From: Cyanobacteriota bacterium | Lineage (GTDB): Bacteria > Cyanobacteriota > Cyanobacteriia > PCC-6307 > Cyanobiaceae | Direction of reading: 5' to 3' | NCBI GenBank assembly: GCA_046052125.1 | Contig: JBJOMY010000002.1 | Span: 384,001 to 448,000 of the forward strand | DNA length: 64,000 nt | Shown: one piece after another, positions 52,840 to 63,744 of the stretch | How positions within the stretch are numbered: the first letter of the stretch is position 1 | Layout: each line of letters starts with the position of its first letter | Program-made: the position numbers and the translations under genes | The notes under the pieces: model-generated | Told to the model about the DNA's origin: nothing | The model's database searches: none | What the model saw: the letters and a program-made list of their open reading frames with translations, nothing else

Positions 52840-53825
52840 CACGCCAAACCCGCCTGCACCAGATCGTGCAGACGCAGCAGGCCCTGCATCTGCTGGGCGT
52901 CGTTCACCACCGGCAACACGCCGATCGCCTTACGGCGATTGCGTTCCATGCAGGCGATCGCGTCGATGGCCAGGGTGGTGGCGGTCACCGTGATCGGGTC
53001 AGCCGTCATCAGATCCGAAGCCGTGAGCGTGCTCCACGCCGCCGGGCCATGGCTTTGCAACGCCCGCCGCAGGTCGCCATCCGTGATCAGGCCTTGGATG
53101 CGGCTGGGGTCGCCGGGGCTGGCGATCCAGCAGGCGCCCACGCCATCGGCGGTGAGGTGGGCGATCACCTCGGGCAGGGGTGCTGCTGCTGCCAGCGGCG
53201 CCAGCCGTGAGGCCGGCACCATCAGATCTGCGGCGGTGAGGGTGAGCTGTTTGCCCAGTGAACCGGCCGGGTGGTTGAGGGCGAAGTCTTCCGGCGACAC
53301 CCCGCGGCGCTCCATCCACACTGCCGCCAGCGCATCGCCGATGGCCATGGCCACCGCCGTGCTGGCGGTGGGGGCCAGGTTGAGCGGGCACACCTCCCGA
53401 TCCACCGAGCCATCCAGCACCACATCACAACCGCGAGCCAGGCTGGAGTTCACGCGGCCCACCAGGGCAATGCGGGCAGTGCCGCGGCGTTTGAGATGGG
53501 GAAGAATCTCCAGGAGCTCTTGGGTTTCACCGCTGTTGGAGAGCAGCAAGGTGACGTCATCCGCCGCGATCACCCCCAGGTCGCCATGGAGCGCGTCCAG
53601 GGGGTTGAGATAGATCGCCATCACGCCGATCGAGGAGAACGTGGCAGCGATCTTGCGCGCCACGATGCCGCTCTTGCCCACGCCCGTGATCACGAGCTTG
53701 GCCCGGCTGTCGGCGCAGCGATCGAGCAGGGCCAGCGACGCCTCCACCTGCTCGGGCGCGAGGCGCTCCGCTGTGGCTGCGATGGCGGCGGCCTCTTCCT
53801 GCAGACAACGGGTGAGGGCGGACAC
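52839..53825 (-). CDS. kdsD: Arabinose-5-phosphate isomerase (KpsF/GutQ family)
   Basis: TGVGKSG, ALHGDLG, SNSGET, NLAPTAST, HPAGSLG and a CBS pair; GTG start at 53825. Confidence 0.93.
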   Translation of the reverse strand: MSALTRCLQEEAAAIAATAERLAPEQVEASLALLDRCADSRAKLVITGVGKSGIVARKIAATFSSIGVMAIYLNPLDALHGDLGVIAADDVTLLLSNSGETQELLEILPHLKRRGTARIALVGRVNSSLARGCDVVLDGSVDREVCPLNLAPTASTAVAMAIGDALAAVWMERRGVSPEDFALNHPAGSLGKQLTLTAADLMVPASRLAPLAAAAPLPEVIAHLTADGVGACWIASPGDPSRIQGLITDGDLRRALQSHGPAAWSTLTASDLMTADPITVTATTLAIDAIACMERNRRKAIGVLPVVNDAQQMQGLLRLHDLVQAGLA

Positions 53826-53871
53826 GCAGCTGTGGTGTGGATTGCGCTGAATTCTCCCCCAGCTTCGGCGC

Positions 53872-54939
53872 TCAGCTAGCCGGCGCAGCGCTGGCGTAGC
53901 CCTCGGGGTTGGCCAGCTGCCAGGCCCAGCCGTCGCGGCAGATCTCCGGCAGGCCGCGGCGGGTGCGCCAGCCCAGCCTTGCGCTCGCCTGCGTGGGATC
54001 GGCCACGGTGGTGGCGGCATCGCCGGGGCGGCGCTCCACCAGGGCATAGGGCACGCTGCGGCCGCTGGCGCTCTCCAGAGCTCGCACCACCTCCAGCACG
54101 GAGTGGCCCTGGCCGCTGCCCAGGTTGAGCGTGAGCAGCTGGGGTGGTTCGCTCAGCAGGGTGGTGAGCGCGGCGGCATGGCCTTCTGCCAGATCCATCA
54201 CATGGATGTAGTCGCGCACGCCGGTGCCGTCGGGTGTGGGCCAGTCGCTGCCGAACACCTGCAGCTGCTGGCGCCGGCCCACGGCCACCTGGGTGATGAA
54301 GGGGAACAGGTTGTTGGGGATGCCGTTGGGGTCTTCGCCGATGCGTCCGCTCGGGTGGGCGCCAACAGGATTGAAGTAGCGCAGGCTGGCGATGCGCCAG
54401 CCGGGCTCGCTGGCCGCCAGATCAGCCAGCAGTTGCTCCACCGCCGCCTTGCTGTGGCCGTAGGGATTGATCGGCCGCACCGGCGCTGTTTCGGGGATCG
54501 GCACCTGGTCGGGGTAGCCATACAGCGTGGCGCTGCTGCTGAACACCAGCGTGCGGCAGCCGGCTGCCTGCATCGCCGCCAGCAGCTGGCGCGATCCGGT
54601 CACGTTCACATCCCAGTAGCGCAGCGGGTGCTGCACCGATTCGCCCACCGCCTTGAGGCCGGCGAAGTGGATCACGGCATCGATGGGGGCTGCTGCGTCG
54701 GCTGACGCAAAGGCTTGCTGCAGGTCAGTTGGCTGGCGGATGTCGCCCTGGATCACCCGCAGGCGTTGGTCCTGGGTGGCGGGCGGCAGTTCAGCCAGGG
54801 CGGCCACTCGGCGCAGCGCTTCGGGGGAGCTGTTGCTGAAGTTGTCGAGCACCACCAGGTTGTGGCCCGCCTGCAGCAGCACCACGCAGGTGTGGCTGCC
54901 GATGAAGCCAGCCCCACCGGTGATTAGCAGCGTGGCCAC
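53872..54939 (-). CDS. galE: UDP-glucose 4-epimerase
   Basis: [35 protein letters not shown] and [10 protein letters not shown]. Confidence 0.96.
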   Translation of the reverse strand: MATLLITGGAGFIGSHTCVVLLQAGHNLVVLDNFSNSSPEALRRVAALAELPPATQDQRLRVIQGDIRQPTDLQQAFASADAAAPIDAVIHFAGLKAVGESVQHPLRYWDVNVTGSRQLLAAMQAAGCRTLVFSSSATLYGYPDQVPIPETAPVRPINPYGHSKAAVEQLLADLAASEPGWRIASLRYFNPVGAHPSGRIGEDPNGIPNNLFPFITQVAVGRRQQLQVFGSDWPTPDGTGVRDYIHVMDLAEGHAAALTTLLSEPPQLLTLNLGSGQGHSVLEVVRALESASGRSVPYALVERRPGDAATTVADPTQASARLGWRTRRGLPEICRDGWAWQLANPEGYASAAPAS

Positions 54940-55015
54940 AGCTCGTGAGCAGGGCTTATCACCCTACGGTCGCTCCACGCCGATCCCGCAGACTGACCCC
55001 AGCCAGGTGTGGTTC

Positions 55016-56260
55016 GTGGAGAAGCTGCAGAGTCTGCGCGGGATGGTGGATCTGCTGCCGCAGCAGATCGGGGTGTGGCAGCAGCTGGAAGCCACGGCGC
55101 GCCGCCATTTCCAGCGGGCCGCTGTGGCAGAGATCCGCACGCCCATCCTTGAAGCCACGGAGCTGTTTGCCCGAGGAATCGGCGAAGCCACCGATGTGGT
55201 GGGCAAGGAGATGTATACGTTTTTGGATCGGGGCGAGCGCAGCTGCACCCTGCGCCCGGAAGGCACCGCATCAGTGGTGCGGGCTGCCATCCAGCACGGC
55301 CTGCTCAGCCAGGGTCCCCAGCGGCTTTGGTATGGCGGGCCGATGTTTCGCTATGAGCGCCCTCAGGCCGGCCGGCAGCGGCAGTTCCATCAGATCGGCC
55401 TGGAATTTCTGGGCTTTGCCGATGCCCGCAGCGATGTGGAAGCGATCGCGATTGCCTGGGATCTGCTGGCGGATTTGGGGGTGCAGGGGCTGGCCCTCGA
55501 GCTCAACAGCCTCGGAAGCGCCGACGATCGGGCCCTCTACCGCCAGCAGCTGGTGGCCTGGCTCGAGCAGCGGCGTGAACAGCTCGACCCGGATTCCCAG
55601 GACCGCCTGGCCCGCAACCCCCTACGCATCCTCGACAGCAAGAACCCCACCACCCAAGCCCTGCTCCAGGACGCTCCCACCCTGGCGGCGGCCCTGGCAC
55701 CCGAGAGCCGCGAACGGTTTGAACGGGTGCAAGAGGGGCTGACGGCACTGGAGATCCCCTTCCAGCTCAACCCCCGGCTGGTGCGCGGGCTCGATTACTA
55801 CAGCCACACCGCCTTTGAAATCACCTCCAGCCAGCTGGGAGCCCAGGCCACCGTGTGTGGCGGTGGCCGTTACAACAGCCTGGTGGAGCAGCTGGGTGGT
55901 GCCCCAACACCGGCCATCGGTTGGGCGCTGGGGGTGGAACGACTGGTGATGCTGCTGGCGCTGGCGGGTGAGAGTCACGACGCTGCGCCGGACATTTATG
56001 TGGTGAGCCGCGGCAGCCTGGCGGAGGCCCAGGCGCTCGTGCTGGCGCGTCAGCTGCGCCGCAGCGGTCGTTCGGTGGAGCTCGATCTCAGCGGTTCGGC
56101 CTTTGGCAAGCAACTGAAGCGGGCGGATCGCAGCGGTGCGCGCTGGGCTGTGGTGATCGGTGAGGACGAAGCGCGGCTGGGCCAGGTGATCGTGAAGAAC
56201 CTCCAGGAGCAAACCGAACAGCCGTTGGCCGCTTCTGAGCTGCTGGGTCAGTTCGCTTAG
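55016..56260 (+). CDS. hisS: Histidyl-tRNA synthetase
   Basis: [37 protein letters not shown] and GGGRY. Confidence 0.97.
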   Translation: MEKLQSLRGMVDLLPQQIGVWQQLEATARRHFQRAAVAEIRTPILEATELFARGIGEATDVVGKEMYTFLDRGERSCTLRPEGTASVVRAAIQHGLLSQGPQRLWYGGPMFRYERPQAGRQRQFHQIGLEFLGFADARSDVEAIAIAWDLLADLGVQGLALELNSLGSADDRALYRQQLVAWLEQRREQLDPDSQDRLARNPLRILDSKNPTTQALLQDAPTLAAALAPESRERFERVQEGLTALEIPFQLNPRLVRGLDYYSHTAFEITSSQLGAQATVCGGGRYNSLVEQLGGAPTPAIGWALGVERLVMLLALAGESHDAAPDIYVVSRGSLAEAQALVLARQLRRSGRSVELDLSGSAFGKQLKRADRSGARWAVVIGEDEARLGQVIVKNLQEQTEQPLAASELLGQFA

Positions 56261-56293
56261 GTTGCGAGGGCTGATGCGACTGCCGTTTTTCTA

Positions 56294-57685
56294 ATGTCCA
56301 GCCCTGCAGCCGTGCGCGCCATCTGTTGCATCGGCGCGGGCTATGTGGGCGGACCCACAATGGCGGTGATTGCCGATCGCTGCCCCCACATCCGAGTGAC
56401 GGTGGTGGATCTCAACGCCGAGCGCATTGCCGCCTGGAACGATCCTGATCTGAGCCAACTGCCGGTGTATGAGCCCGGCCTCGATGCCGTGGTGGGCCGT
56501 GCGCGGGGCCTCAATCTGCACTTCAGCACGCAGGTGGAGGCCGCCATTGCGGCCGCTGATCTGGTGTTCATCTCGGTGAACACCCCCACCAAAACCCGAG
56601 GTTTGGGAGCCGGCCAGGCCAGCGATCTCAAGTGGGTGGAAGCCAGTGCCCGCACGGTGGCCAAGGCGGCCCGTGGTCACACGATCGTGGTGGAGAAGAG
56701 CACGCTGCCGGTGCGCACCGCTGCGGTGATCCAGGAAATCCTCACGGCAGCCCAAGGTGAACAGGGGGGCAGCACCTTTTCAGTGCTCTCCAACCCGGAG
56801 TTTCTGGCAGAGGGCACCGCGATTGAGGATCTGGAGCAGCCCGATCGCGTGCTGATCGGTGGTCAGGATCCCGCTGCGGTGGAAGCTTTGGCGGAGATCT
56901 ACGCCAGTTGGGTGCCGCAGGAGCGGATTCTGCGCACCAACCTATGGAGTAGTGAGCTGAGCAAGCTCACTGCCAACGCTTTTCTGGCGCAACGGATTAG
57001 CTCGATCAACGGTATTGCCGCCTTCTGCGAGGCCACCGGGGCTGATGTGCGGGAGGTGGCCCGCGCCATTGGCGCTGATAGCCGCATCGGTGCCAAATTT
57101 CTGCAGGCTGGGCCCGGTTTTGGCGGCAGCTGCTTCCAAAAGGACATCCTCAACCTGGTGTATCTCTGCCGCCATTACGGCCTGGAGGAGGTGGCGACCT
57201 ACTGGGAGCAGGTGGTGGCGCTCAACCGCTGGCAGCAGCAGCGCATTGCCCGGCTGTTGATCACCAAGTTGTTCGGCACCGTGAGCGGCAAGCGTATTGG
57301 GGTTCTTGGTTTTGCCTTCAAGGCCGACACCAACGACACCCGTGAATCCCCAGCCATCCGCATTTGCCAAGAGCTACTGGATGAGGGCGCCATCCTGCAG
57401 ATCGTGGATCCCAAGGTGAGCGAGCGGCAGATGGCTCTGGATTTGGGCCGCCCCGCGGGGGAGGGCGAGGGCAGCTGGCAGCAGGTTTCCACGGTGGAGC
57501 AGGCGGCAGCCGGGGCTGATGCCCTGCTCCTGCTCACGGAATGGCAGCAGTTCGCTCAGATCGACTGGCCGGCCGTGGCGGCCCGGATGCGGCAGCCCGC
57601 CTGGTTGTTTGACGCCCGGGCCAAGGCCGATGCCAGCGCCGCCCGGGCCGCAGGACTGCAGGTGTGGGTTGTGGGCGAAGGCTGA
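56294..57685 (+). CDS. ugd: UDP-glucose 6-dehydrogenase
   Basis: CCIGAGYVGGPT, EKSTLP, SNPEFLAEG, GFGGSCFQKD and FAFKADT. Confidence 0.96.
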   Translation: MSSPAAVRAICCIGAGYVGGPTMAVIADRCPHIRVTVVDLNAERIAAWNDPDLSQLPVYEPGLDAVVGRARGLNLHFSTQVEAAIAAADLVFISVNTPTKTRGLGAGQASDLKWVEASARTVAKAARGHTIVVEKSTLPVRTAAVIQEILTAAQGEQGGSTFSVLSNPEFLAEGTAIEDLEQPDRVLIGGQDPAAVEALAEIYASWVPQERILRTNLWSSELSKLTANAFLAQRISSINGIAAFCEATGADVREVARAIGADSRIGAKFLQAGPGFGGSCFQKDILNLVYLCRHYGLEEVATYWEQVVALNRWQQQRIARLLITKLFGTVSGKRIGVLGFAFKADTNDTRESPAIRICQELLDEGAILQIVDPKVSERQMALDLGRPAGEGEGSWQQVSTVEQAAAGADALLLLTEWQQFAQIDWPAVAARMRQPAWLFDARAKADASAARAAGLQVWVVGEG

Positions 57686-57688
57686 GGG

Positions 57689-58639
57689 ATGCCGGAGCGA
57701 GTGCTGCGCAACCTGATCACCGGCGGTGCCGGCTTTGTGGGCTCACACCTGGTGGACCGGCTCATGGAAGCCGGCGAAGAGGTGATCTGCCTCGACAACT
57801 ACTTCACCGGCCGCAAAGCCAACATCGAAGCCTGGATCGCTCACCCCCGCTTTGAACTGATCCGCCACGACGTCACCGAGCCGATTCGGCTCGAGGTGGA
57901 TCGGATCTGGCACCTGGCCTGCCCGGCCTCACCGGTGCACTACCAGCACAACCCGATCAAAACCGCCAAAACCAGCTTTCTGGGCACCTACAACATGCTC
58001 GGGCTGGCGCGACGGGTTGGGGCGCGGCTGCTGCTGGCCAGCACCTCAGAGGTGTATGGCGATCCAGAGCTGCATCCCCAGCCGGAGAGTTACCGCGGGT
58101 GCGTGAACACCATCGGCTTGCGCAGTTGCTACGACGAGGGCAAGCGCATCGCCGAAACCCTTTGTTTTGATTACAAGCGCATGCACGGCACGGAGATCCG
58201 CGTCGCCCGGATCTTCAACACCTATGGGCCGCGCATGCTGCCGGATGACGGCCGGGTGGTGAGCAACTTCATTGTGCAGGCGCTGAATGGCCAGCCGCTC
58301 ACCCTCTACGGCGATGGCAGCCAGACCCGTTCCTTCTGTTACGTGGACGATCTGGTGGAAGGGCTGATTCGCCTGATGAATGGCTCCCACACGGGCCCGA
58401 TTAACCTCGGTAACCCCAGTGAATTCACGATTCGCCAGCTGGCGGAGCTGGTGCGGGCGCGGATCAATCCGGCGCTGCCGTTGATCAAGAAGCCTCTGCC
58501 GATGGATGATCCCAAGCAGCGCCAGCCGCTGATCACTCTGGCTCAACAGGAGCTGGGCTGGCAGCCGAGCGTGGCTTTGGAGCAAGGCCTCGAGCCCACG
58601 ATCGCCGATTTCCAGCGTCGCCTCAGCGACTGCCCCTGA
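57689..58639 (+). CDS. UDP-glucuronate decarboxylase (UDP-xylose synthase)
   Basis: [34 protein letters not shown] and [10 protein letters not shown]. Confidence 0.92.
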   Translation: MPERVLRNLITGGAGFVGSHLVDRLMEAGEEVICLDNYFTGRKANIEAWIAHPRFELIRHDVTEPIRLEVDRIWHLACPASPVHYQHNPIKTAKTSFLGTYNMLGLARRVGARLLLASTSEVYGDPELHPQPESYRGCVNTIGLRSCYDEGKRIAETLCFDYKRMHGTEIRVARIFNTYGPRMLPDDGRVVSNFIVQALNGQPLTLYGDGSQTRSFCYVDDLVEGLIRLMNGSHTGPINLGNPSEFTIRQLAELVRARINPALPLIKKPLPMDDPKQRQPLITLAQQELGWQPSVALEQGLEPTIADFQRRLSDCP

Positions 58640-58656
58640 GCGGCCCCCGTTCTCTC

Positions 58657-59697
58657 ATGACCCCAACCCAACCCATCCTGGTCACCGGCGCCGCCGGTTT
58701 TATTGGCGCTGAGGTGGCCTGCCAGCTCTTGCAGCGCGGTGAGCCGGTGGTGGGCCTCGACAACCTGAACAGCTACTACAGCCCCGCCCTCAAGCAGGCC
58801 CGGCTCGATCGGGTGCAGCAGTGTGCGGCAGTTTGCGGCAGTCCCTGGCGGTTTGAACGGCTGGATCTTGCTGATGCCGAGGCGATGGCGGCGTTGTTCA
58901 CGGCGGTGCAGCCGCGGGCGGTGGTGCATCTCGCTGCCCAGGCCGGCGTGCGTTATTCGCTCGAGAACCCCGGTGCCTACGTGCAGAGCAACCTGGTGGG
59001 CTTTGGTCAAATCCTTGAGGGTTGTCGCCATCAGGGGGTGGAGCATCTTGTGTATGCCTCCAGCAGCTCGGTGTATGGCGGCAACCGCCAGATGCCCTTC
59101 AGTGAGCAGCAGGCCGTGAATCATCCGGTGAGCCTGTATGCGGCCACCAAGAAGGCCAATGAATTGATGGCCCACACCTACAGCCACCTCTACGGCCTGC
59201 CGGCTACTGGACTGCGTTTTTTCACCGTGTATGGCCCCTGGGGCCGGCCCGATATGGCGCCGATGTTGTTTGCCCGGGCCATCCAGGCAGGCGAGCCGAT
59301 CCGCGTGTTCAATCACGGCCGCATGCAGCGGGATTTCACCTATATCGACGACATCGTGCAGGGTGTGATCCGTTGCCTGGACAAGCCGGCTACCCCAGAC
59401 CCCAGCTTTGATCCGCTGCATCCCAATCCGGCCACCGCCGCGGTGCCCCATCGCGTGTTCAACATCGGTAACGCCCAGCCCACCCCGCTGCTGCGGTTCA
59501 TCGAGGTGTTGGAGCAGGCCCTCGGCCGCTCGGCGATCAAGGACTTTCAGCCCATGCAACCCGGCGACGTGGTGGCCACCGCCGCCGACACCTCGGCCCT
59601 CGAGGCCTGGGTGGGTTTCAAGCCTCAGACCCCCCTCGAGCAAGGCTTGGCAGCCTTCGCCGCCTGGCTTCGCGACCATCCGCGCTTCCTGGTGTGA
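58657..59697 (+). CDS. UDP-glucuronate 4-epimerase-like NAD-dependent epimerase
   Basis: GAAGFIG, HLAAQAGVRYS, YAATKKANELMAH and RFFTVYGPWGRPDMA. Confidence 0.92.
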   Translation: MTPTQPILVTGAAGFIGAEVACQLLQRGEPVVGLDNLNSYYSPALKQARLDRVQQCAAVCGSPWRFERLDLADAEAMAALFTAVQPRAVVHLAAQAGVRYSLENPGAYVQSNLVGFGQILEGCRHQGVEHLVYASSSSVYGGNRQMPFSEQQAVNHPVSLYAATKKANELMAHTYSHLYGLPATGLRFFTVYGPWGRPDMAPMLFARAIQAGEPIRVFNHGRMQRDFTYIDDIVQGVIRCLDKPATPDPSFDPLHPNPATAAVPHRVFNIGNAQPTPLLRFIEVLEQALGRSAIKDFQPMQPGDVVATAADTSALEAWVGFKPQTPLEQGLAAFAAWLRDHPRFLV

Positions 59698-60971
59698 TGG
59701 ATCTGGTGGAAGCCCTGCATCCGGGCCTGATCGCTGCCTTGCAGCAGGTGGCTGAGCCGGATGTTGAGCTTTACCTGGTGGGCGGCGCCCTGCGCGATGC
59801 CCTGTTGCATCGCTTGCACCGCGATCCCTGGCGCGGCTTGCCCGACATTGATCTGCTGGTGCAGTACCACGATCCAGGCGTTGAGCCGGCCAGCACTGAG
59901 CCGGCGGCCCATGCTCTGGCCCAGCGGTTGCTCGCCCAGCATGGCTCTGGGGCGGTGCGCTGCCAGTTTCATCACGCCTACGGCACGGTGGAATTGGAAT
60001 GGCAGGGCGTGTGGATCGATCTGGCCACGGCCCGGCATGAGAACTATCCCCGACCGGCGCAGAACCCGCAGGTGCGTTCTGGCCGATTGGAGGACGATCT
60101 CGCTCGCCGCGATTTCAGCGTGAATGCGATGGCCCTGCCGCTCCGAGACCTGCAGGAGCAGGCTGTGGTGGATCCCTACGGCGGCCTGGAGGATCTGGCG
60201 GCGCGGCAGCTGCGGCTGCTGCATGCCCACAGCCTGCGCGACGATCCCACCCGCGCACTGCGGGCGGCCCGTTACGCTGCCCGGTTGGGTTTTGCCCTCG
60301 AACCATCCAGCCTTGCTCAACTGCGCAGCACCCTGCAGCGCTGGCCCTGGAGCTGGAAACCCGGCGATCCCGCCGATCAGGCGCCGCCCGCCCTCAGCAC
60401 CCGTCTGCGGATGGAGCTGGAGCTGCTGCTGGATCATGAGCCCTGGGCTGCAGCGCTGAGCCAGCTGCAGCAGTGGGGCGCTCTGGTGTTGTTGGAGGAG
60501 GGGCTGCAGCGTGATGGAGCCTTGCAGCGGCGGTTGCGCTGGGCGGCTCGGCTTGGCCTGCCGCGCCTACTGGCGCTGTTGATGGGCGCCGATGATCCTG
60601 TTGCGCTCGCCCAGCGGCTGCAGTTGCCCCACCGCCAGCAGCAGCTTCTGGGGCGGAGCAGCCAGTTGTTGCGGCGGTTGCAGCAGCAATCAGCAGTGGC
60701 TGCTCTTCCCCAGACGGCCGCGGCCTGGGCAGAGCAGCTTGAGACGGGCACCGACGCCTCTCAGGTGGTGCAGCTGGTGCTCGTTGCCGCGAGCCATCAG
60801 CCCAAGCCACCCTGGCGCAGACCCCTGCTGCGTTGGCTGCTGCGCTGGCGTTTACTGGTGGCACCGGTGACGGCCCAGAACCTGCTGGAGCAGGGGTATC
60901 TCCCGGGTCCAGCCTTGGGTGCGGCATTAAAAGAGGCCAGAGCGAAACGCTTGGCCTCAGAACAGTATTGA
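59697..60971 (+). CDS. tRNA nucleotidyltransferase (class II; possibly A-adding type)
   Basis: YLVGGALRD, DIDL, DLARRDFSVNA and DDPTRALRAARY. Confidence 0.9.
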   Translation: MDLVEALHPGLIAALQQVAEPDVELYLVGGALRDALLHRLHRDPWRGLPDIDLLVQYHDPGVEPASTEPAAHALAQRLLAQHGSGAVRCQFHHAYGTVELEWQGVWIDLATARHENYPRPAQNPQVRSGRLEDDLARRDFSVNAMALPLRDLQEQAVVDPYGGLEDLAARQLRLLHAHSLRDDPTRALRAARYAARLGFALEPSSLAQLRSTLQRWPWSWKPGDPADQAPPALSTRLRMELELLLDHEPWAAALSQLQQWGALVLLEEGLQRDGALQRRLRWAARLGLPRLLALLMGADDPVALAQRLQLPHRQQQLLGRSSQLLRRLQQQSAVAALPQTAAAWAEQLETGTDASQVVQLVLVAASHQPKPPWRRPLLRWLLRWRLLVAPVTAQNLLEQGYLPGPALGAALKEARAKRLASEQY

Positions 60972-60992
60972 ACGATCTGCGTTCGACCGATC

Positions 60993-61193
60993 TCAGGCGG
61001 AACCAACGCCGGTGTACGAGCCGTAGAAGAACAGGCCGACTACGAAGATCACGGCCATGCCACCGGCGGTGGCCACGAGCCACAGGGGAAGGGTGCCTTC
61101 GGTCCAGCGGGAACGCCAGGCAACGGCAGGGCGGCCGTCGGGAAGGCGGTCGGGGATCCGGCCGTCAGGCAGGTTGGATTTCTTGCCACTCAT
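60993..61193 (-). CDS. psbJ: Photosystem II protein J
   Basis: [13 protein letters not shown]...[13 protein letters not shown] with an N-terminal extension. Confidence 0.96.
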   Translation of the reverse strand: MSGKKSNLPDGRIPDRLPDGRPAVAWRSRWTEGTLPLWLVATAGGMAVIFVVGLFFYGSYTGVGSA

Positions 61194-61208
61194 CGCAGGT
61201 GCTCCCGA

Positions 61209-61328
61209 TCAGTTGAAGAAGTAGCTGGAGAACAGGATGCCGCAGGTGAACACAAACAGCAGGCCCAGGTAGAGGCTGGTGCGGTTCAGTTCAACCGGCA
61301 GATTGTTCGGGTTGGGGTTCCGTTCCAT
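61209..61328 (-). CDS. psbL: Photosystem II protein L
   Basis: [24 protein letters not shown]...FSSYFFN. Confidence 0.98.
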   Translation of the reverse strand: MERNPNPNNLPVELNRTSLYLGLLFVFTCGILFSSYFFN

Positions 61329-61339
61329 AGCGATAAACC

Positions 61340-61477
61340 TCAGCGGCGAATGAACTGCATGGCGGCCAGGGCGCCGAGGAAGAACACCGTGGGAACACCC
61401 AGGGCGTGCACCGCGAGCCACCGGACCGTGAAGATCGGGTAGTTGCGGGGGGTGGAAGAGGCGGTCGACTGGGTCAT
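61340..61477 (-). CDS. psbF: Cytochrome b559 beta subunit
   Basis: Manual translation [45 protein letters not shown] (not in the ORF track). Confidence 0.98.
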   Translation of the reverse strand: MTQSTASSTPRNYPIFTVRWLAVHALGVPTVFFLGALAAMQFIRR

Positions 61478-61480
61478 GGC

Positions 61481-61729
61481 TTATTTCAGGCGCTGGTCGA
61501 GGGAAGCCTTGGCGTCATACCGCTGGCTGACCACGGGGGCCTTGGAGTCTTGAGCCTGGAAATAGGCATCCGGGCGGGGCGTGCCGAAGGCGTCGTAGGC
61601 CAGTCCGGTGGACACGAACAGGAAACCCGCCAGGAACAGAGCCGGCAGGGTCACGGCGTGGATCACCCAGTAACGGATGCTCGTGATGATTTCAAAGAAC
61701 GGGCGTTCACCCGTTGAGCCGGCGGCCAT
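61481..61729 (-). CDS. psbE: Cytochrome b559 alpha subunit
   Basis: GSTGERPF...[11 protein letters not shown]...[10 protein letters not shown]. Confidence 0.99.
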   Translation of the reverse strand: MAAGSTGERPFFEIITSIRYWVIHAVTLPALFLAGFLFVSTGLAYDAFGTPRPDAYFQAQDSKAPVVSQRYDAKASLDQRLK

Positions 61730-61841
61730 GAGCAGCGAGCATTCAGCTGGGTGATCCTAGGGCTGCAAAGGCAGCCGCCGGGATCGCGCTGCTGCCTTGG
61801 TTACAGAGGGAAAGGTGGGCTGAGTCCACCCATCCGGGGAT

Positions 61842-62837
61842 TCAGCCCACCCAGCGCAGCAGGGAGCCGCGCTCGCCCAGCACAAAACCTTTGCCGTCAT
61901 CGAGGAAGGCGATGCGGGTGAAGTTGGTGGGTTGCTGCGCCCCCACGGGATCCTTTTGCCAGCTCTTGCCGCCGTCGTTGCTCACCAGCAGGGTGCCGCT
62001 GCCACCACCCGTCCAGATCGATCCGTTGGGATCCCAGGCCATATCGAGATAGCCGTAGCCGTTCACGATCGGCACCACCGGCTTGCTCCAGTCCTCGGGG
62101 TTGCTGCTGTCTTGGTTGAAGCGCAGTTGAGCGCCACGGGCGAGCATCCACAGAGCTCCGTCCGGTTGGAAGCCCATCGACTGCAGTCGCTGGCTGCTCA
62201 CCCGCTGGTGGGGGGTCCACACGGAGTCGCCAGGGTTCCAGGTGGCGAAGAAGTTGCCCAGGCTGCTCACGCTTACGTAGCGGCCGTCGGGGCTGCGGCG
62301 CAGGTCGCGCACGGCGCCGGCGGCATCCTCCACATCCGATTGCCAGGAGTTACCGGCGTCGTTGGTGCGATACACCGCGCCCACGTTGGTGGCCAGCTCA
62401 GCGCGGCTGCTGCCGAGAGCGGTCACCAAATACGGCTCGCCGGGGAGTTTGGTGTCGAGGAACAGGCGGCTCCAGCTCTGGCCGCTGTCGGTGCTGTGGA
62501 GCAGCAGGCCGGGTTGACCCACGATCCAGCCTTCATCACCAGAGAAATCAACGCTGATCAATCGGAAGTTTTCTTCCTCCGGCAGGTCGAGCGCCCGCTC
62601 TTCCCAAGAGGCGCCCCCATCGTTGGTTTCAAGGATCAGCCGGTTGCTGCCCACCAGGAAGCCGTGGCGGCTATCGGTGAAGGCCAGGGCCAGAGGGTTC
62701 GACTTGGTGTGAATGTCGACGGGTTGCCAGGGGCTGGCACTGGCGCTGGGAAGACCGGTGCTGACGCAGCCGCTCAGGCCGAGCGCCAGAACGAGGGAAA
62801 GCGCCAGGGCGCTGAGAGAGGAGAAGAAACGCGACAT
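61842..62837 (-). CDS. ycf48: PSII assembly factor Ycf48/Hcf136
   Basis: Lipoprotein signal (LSGC), repeated TxDGGxSW beta-propeller motifs, position upstream of psbE. Confidence 0.95.
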   Translation of the reverse strand: MSRFFSSLSALALSLVLALGLSGCVSTGLPSASASPWQPVDIHTKSNPLALAFTDSRHGFLVGSNRLILETNDGGASWEERALDLPEEENFRLISVDFSGDEGWIVGQPGLLLHSTDSGQSWSRLFLDTKLPGEPYLVTALGSSRAELATNVGAVYRTNDAGNSWQSDVEDAAGAVRDLRRSPDGRYVSVSSLGNFFATWNPGDSVWTPHQRVSSQRLQSMGFQPDGALWMLARGAQLRFNQDSSNPEDWSKPVVPIVNGYGYLDMAWDPNGSIWTGGGSGTLLVSNDGGKSWQKDPVGAQQPTNFTRIAFLDDGKGFVLGERGSLLRWVG

Positions 62838-62844
62838 GCCGTGC

Positions 62845-63264
62845 TCAGCGCAGGGAATACAGAGAGAGGAAGAAGGCGAAGGCCAGGGCGAAACCTCCGA
62901 AGATCAGCACATTCTTTTGGCCTGGCGTGAGCTTGTTCACCCCAAGCCCGTAGCCCAGATTTTCTTCGAAGCCGCTTGGTTTGTTGCGGGGGCCGATGTC
63001 CTTGAAGGCCTTGGTCTGGCTGCGGCACACCGGGCAGCGGAACGTGAGCGGATCGAGAGCGCTGAAGGGTGTGCCTGGCTCGATCGCAAGCTTTTTGATC
63101 CCCTCGGCCGGATCGAACACGAAGCCGCAGCTGCGGCACTCGAAGCGGTGGGTATCGGGATCGTCAATCGGCGCTTCAACAGGCGCTTCTGGTGCGGCTA
63201 CGGCAACGGGTTCCTGCTCGGGCTCGCTCGCGGGGGGCTGGTCCTGGATTGGGTCCTCGCTCAC
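62845..63264 (-). CDS. rubA: Membrane-anchored rubredoxin
   Basis: FECRSCGFVFDP...CPVC plus a C-terminal TM helix; GTG start at 63264. Confidence 0.93.
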   Translation of the reverse strand: MSEDPIQDQPPASEPEQEPVAVAAPEAPVEAPIDDPDTHRFECRSCGFVFDPAEGIKKLAIEPGTPFSALDPLTFRCPVCRSQTKAFKDIGPRNKPSGFEENLGYGLGVNKLTPGQKNVLIFGGFALAFAFFLSLYSLR

Positions 63265-63375
63265 GGCATCGACTGCTGGTGGGCGCGACTCTAGGAAGCG
63301 GCTCTTGCCCAGCGATCCAACCCACGCCTGGGCCACGGATGCCAGACTGCCGCGACGGTTGGGCTGATCGCGCCC

Positions 63376-63738
63376 GTGTTCGTTCTCTCTGGCTACGACG
63401 CCTTTCTGGGCTTCCTGCTGATCGCGGCAGCGGTGCCTGTGTTGGCGCTGGTCACCAACAAGGTCTTGTCGCCGAAGTCGCGAACGGGCGAGCGGGATCT
63501 CACCTACGAATCGGGTATGGAGCCCATCGGCGGTGCCTGGATCCAGTTCAACATCCGCTACTACATGTTTGCGCTGGTCTTCGTGATCTTCGACGTGGAG
63601 ACCGTCTTCCTCTACCCGTGGGCTGTGGCCTTCCACCGACTGGGTCTGTTGGCCTTCATTGAGGCCCTCGTGTTCATCGCCATCCTGGTGGTGGCCCTGG
63701 CCTATGCCTGGCGCAAAGGCGCTCTTGAGTGGAGCTGA
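63376..63738 (+). CDS. ndhC: NDH-1 subunit 3
   Basis: [32 protein letters not shown] and WRKGALEWS. Confidence 0.98.
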   Translation: MFVLSGYDAFLGFLLIAAAVPVLALVTNKVLSPKSRTGERDLTYESGMEPIGGAWIQFNIRYYMFALVFVIFDVETVFLYPWAVAFHRLGLLAFIEALVFIAILVVALAYAWRKGALEWS

Positions 63739-63744
63739 TCTGAG

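Noticed and set aside
60993..61193. N-terminally extended PsbJ
   Set aside because: Typical of picocyanobacteria, so not novel.
61768..61806. Inverted repeat AAGGCAGC...GCTGCCTT and a lone GTTACA (RpaB/HLR1-like half-site) upstream of psbE
   Set aside because: Long imperfect loop, no T-tract and only one half-site; too weak to call.
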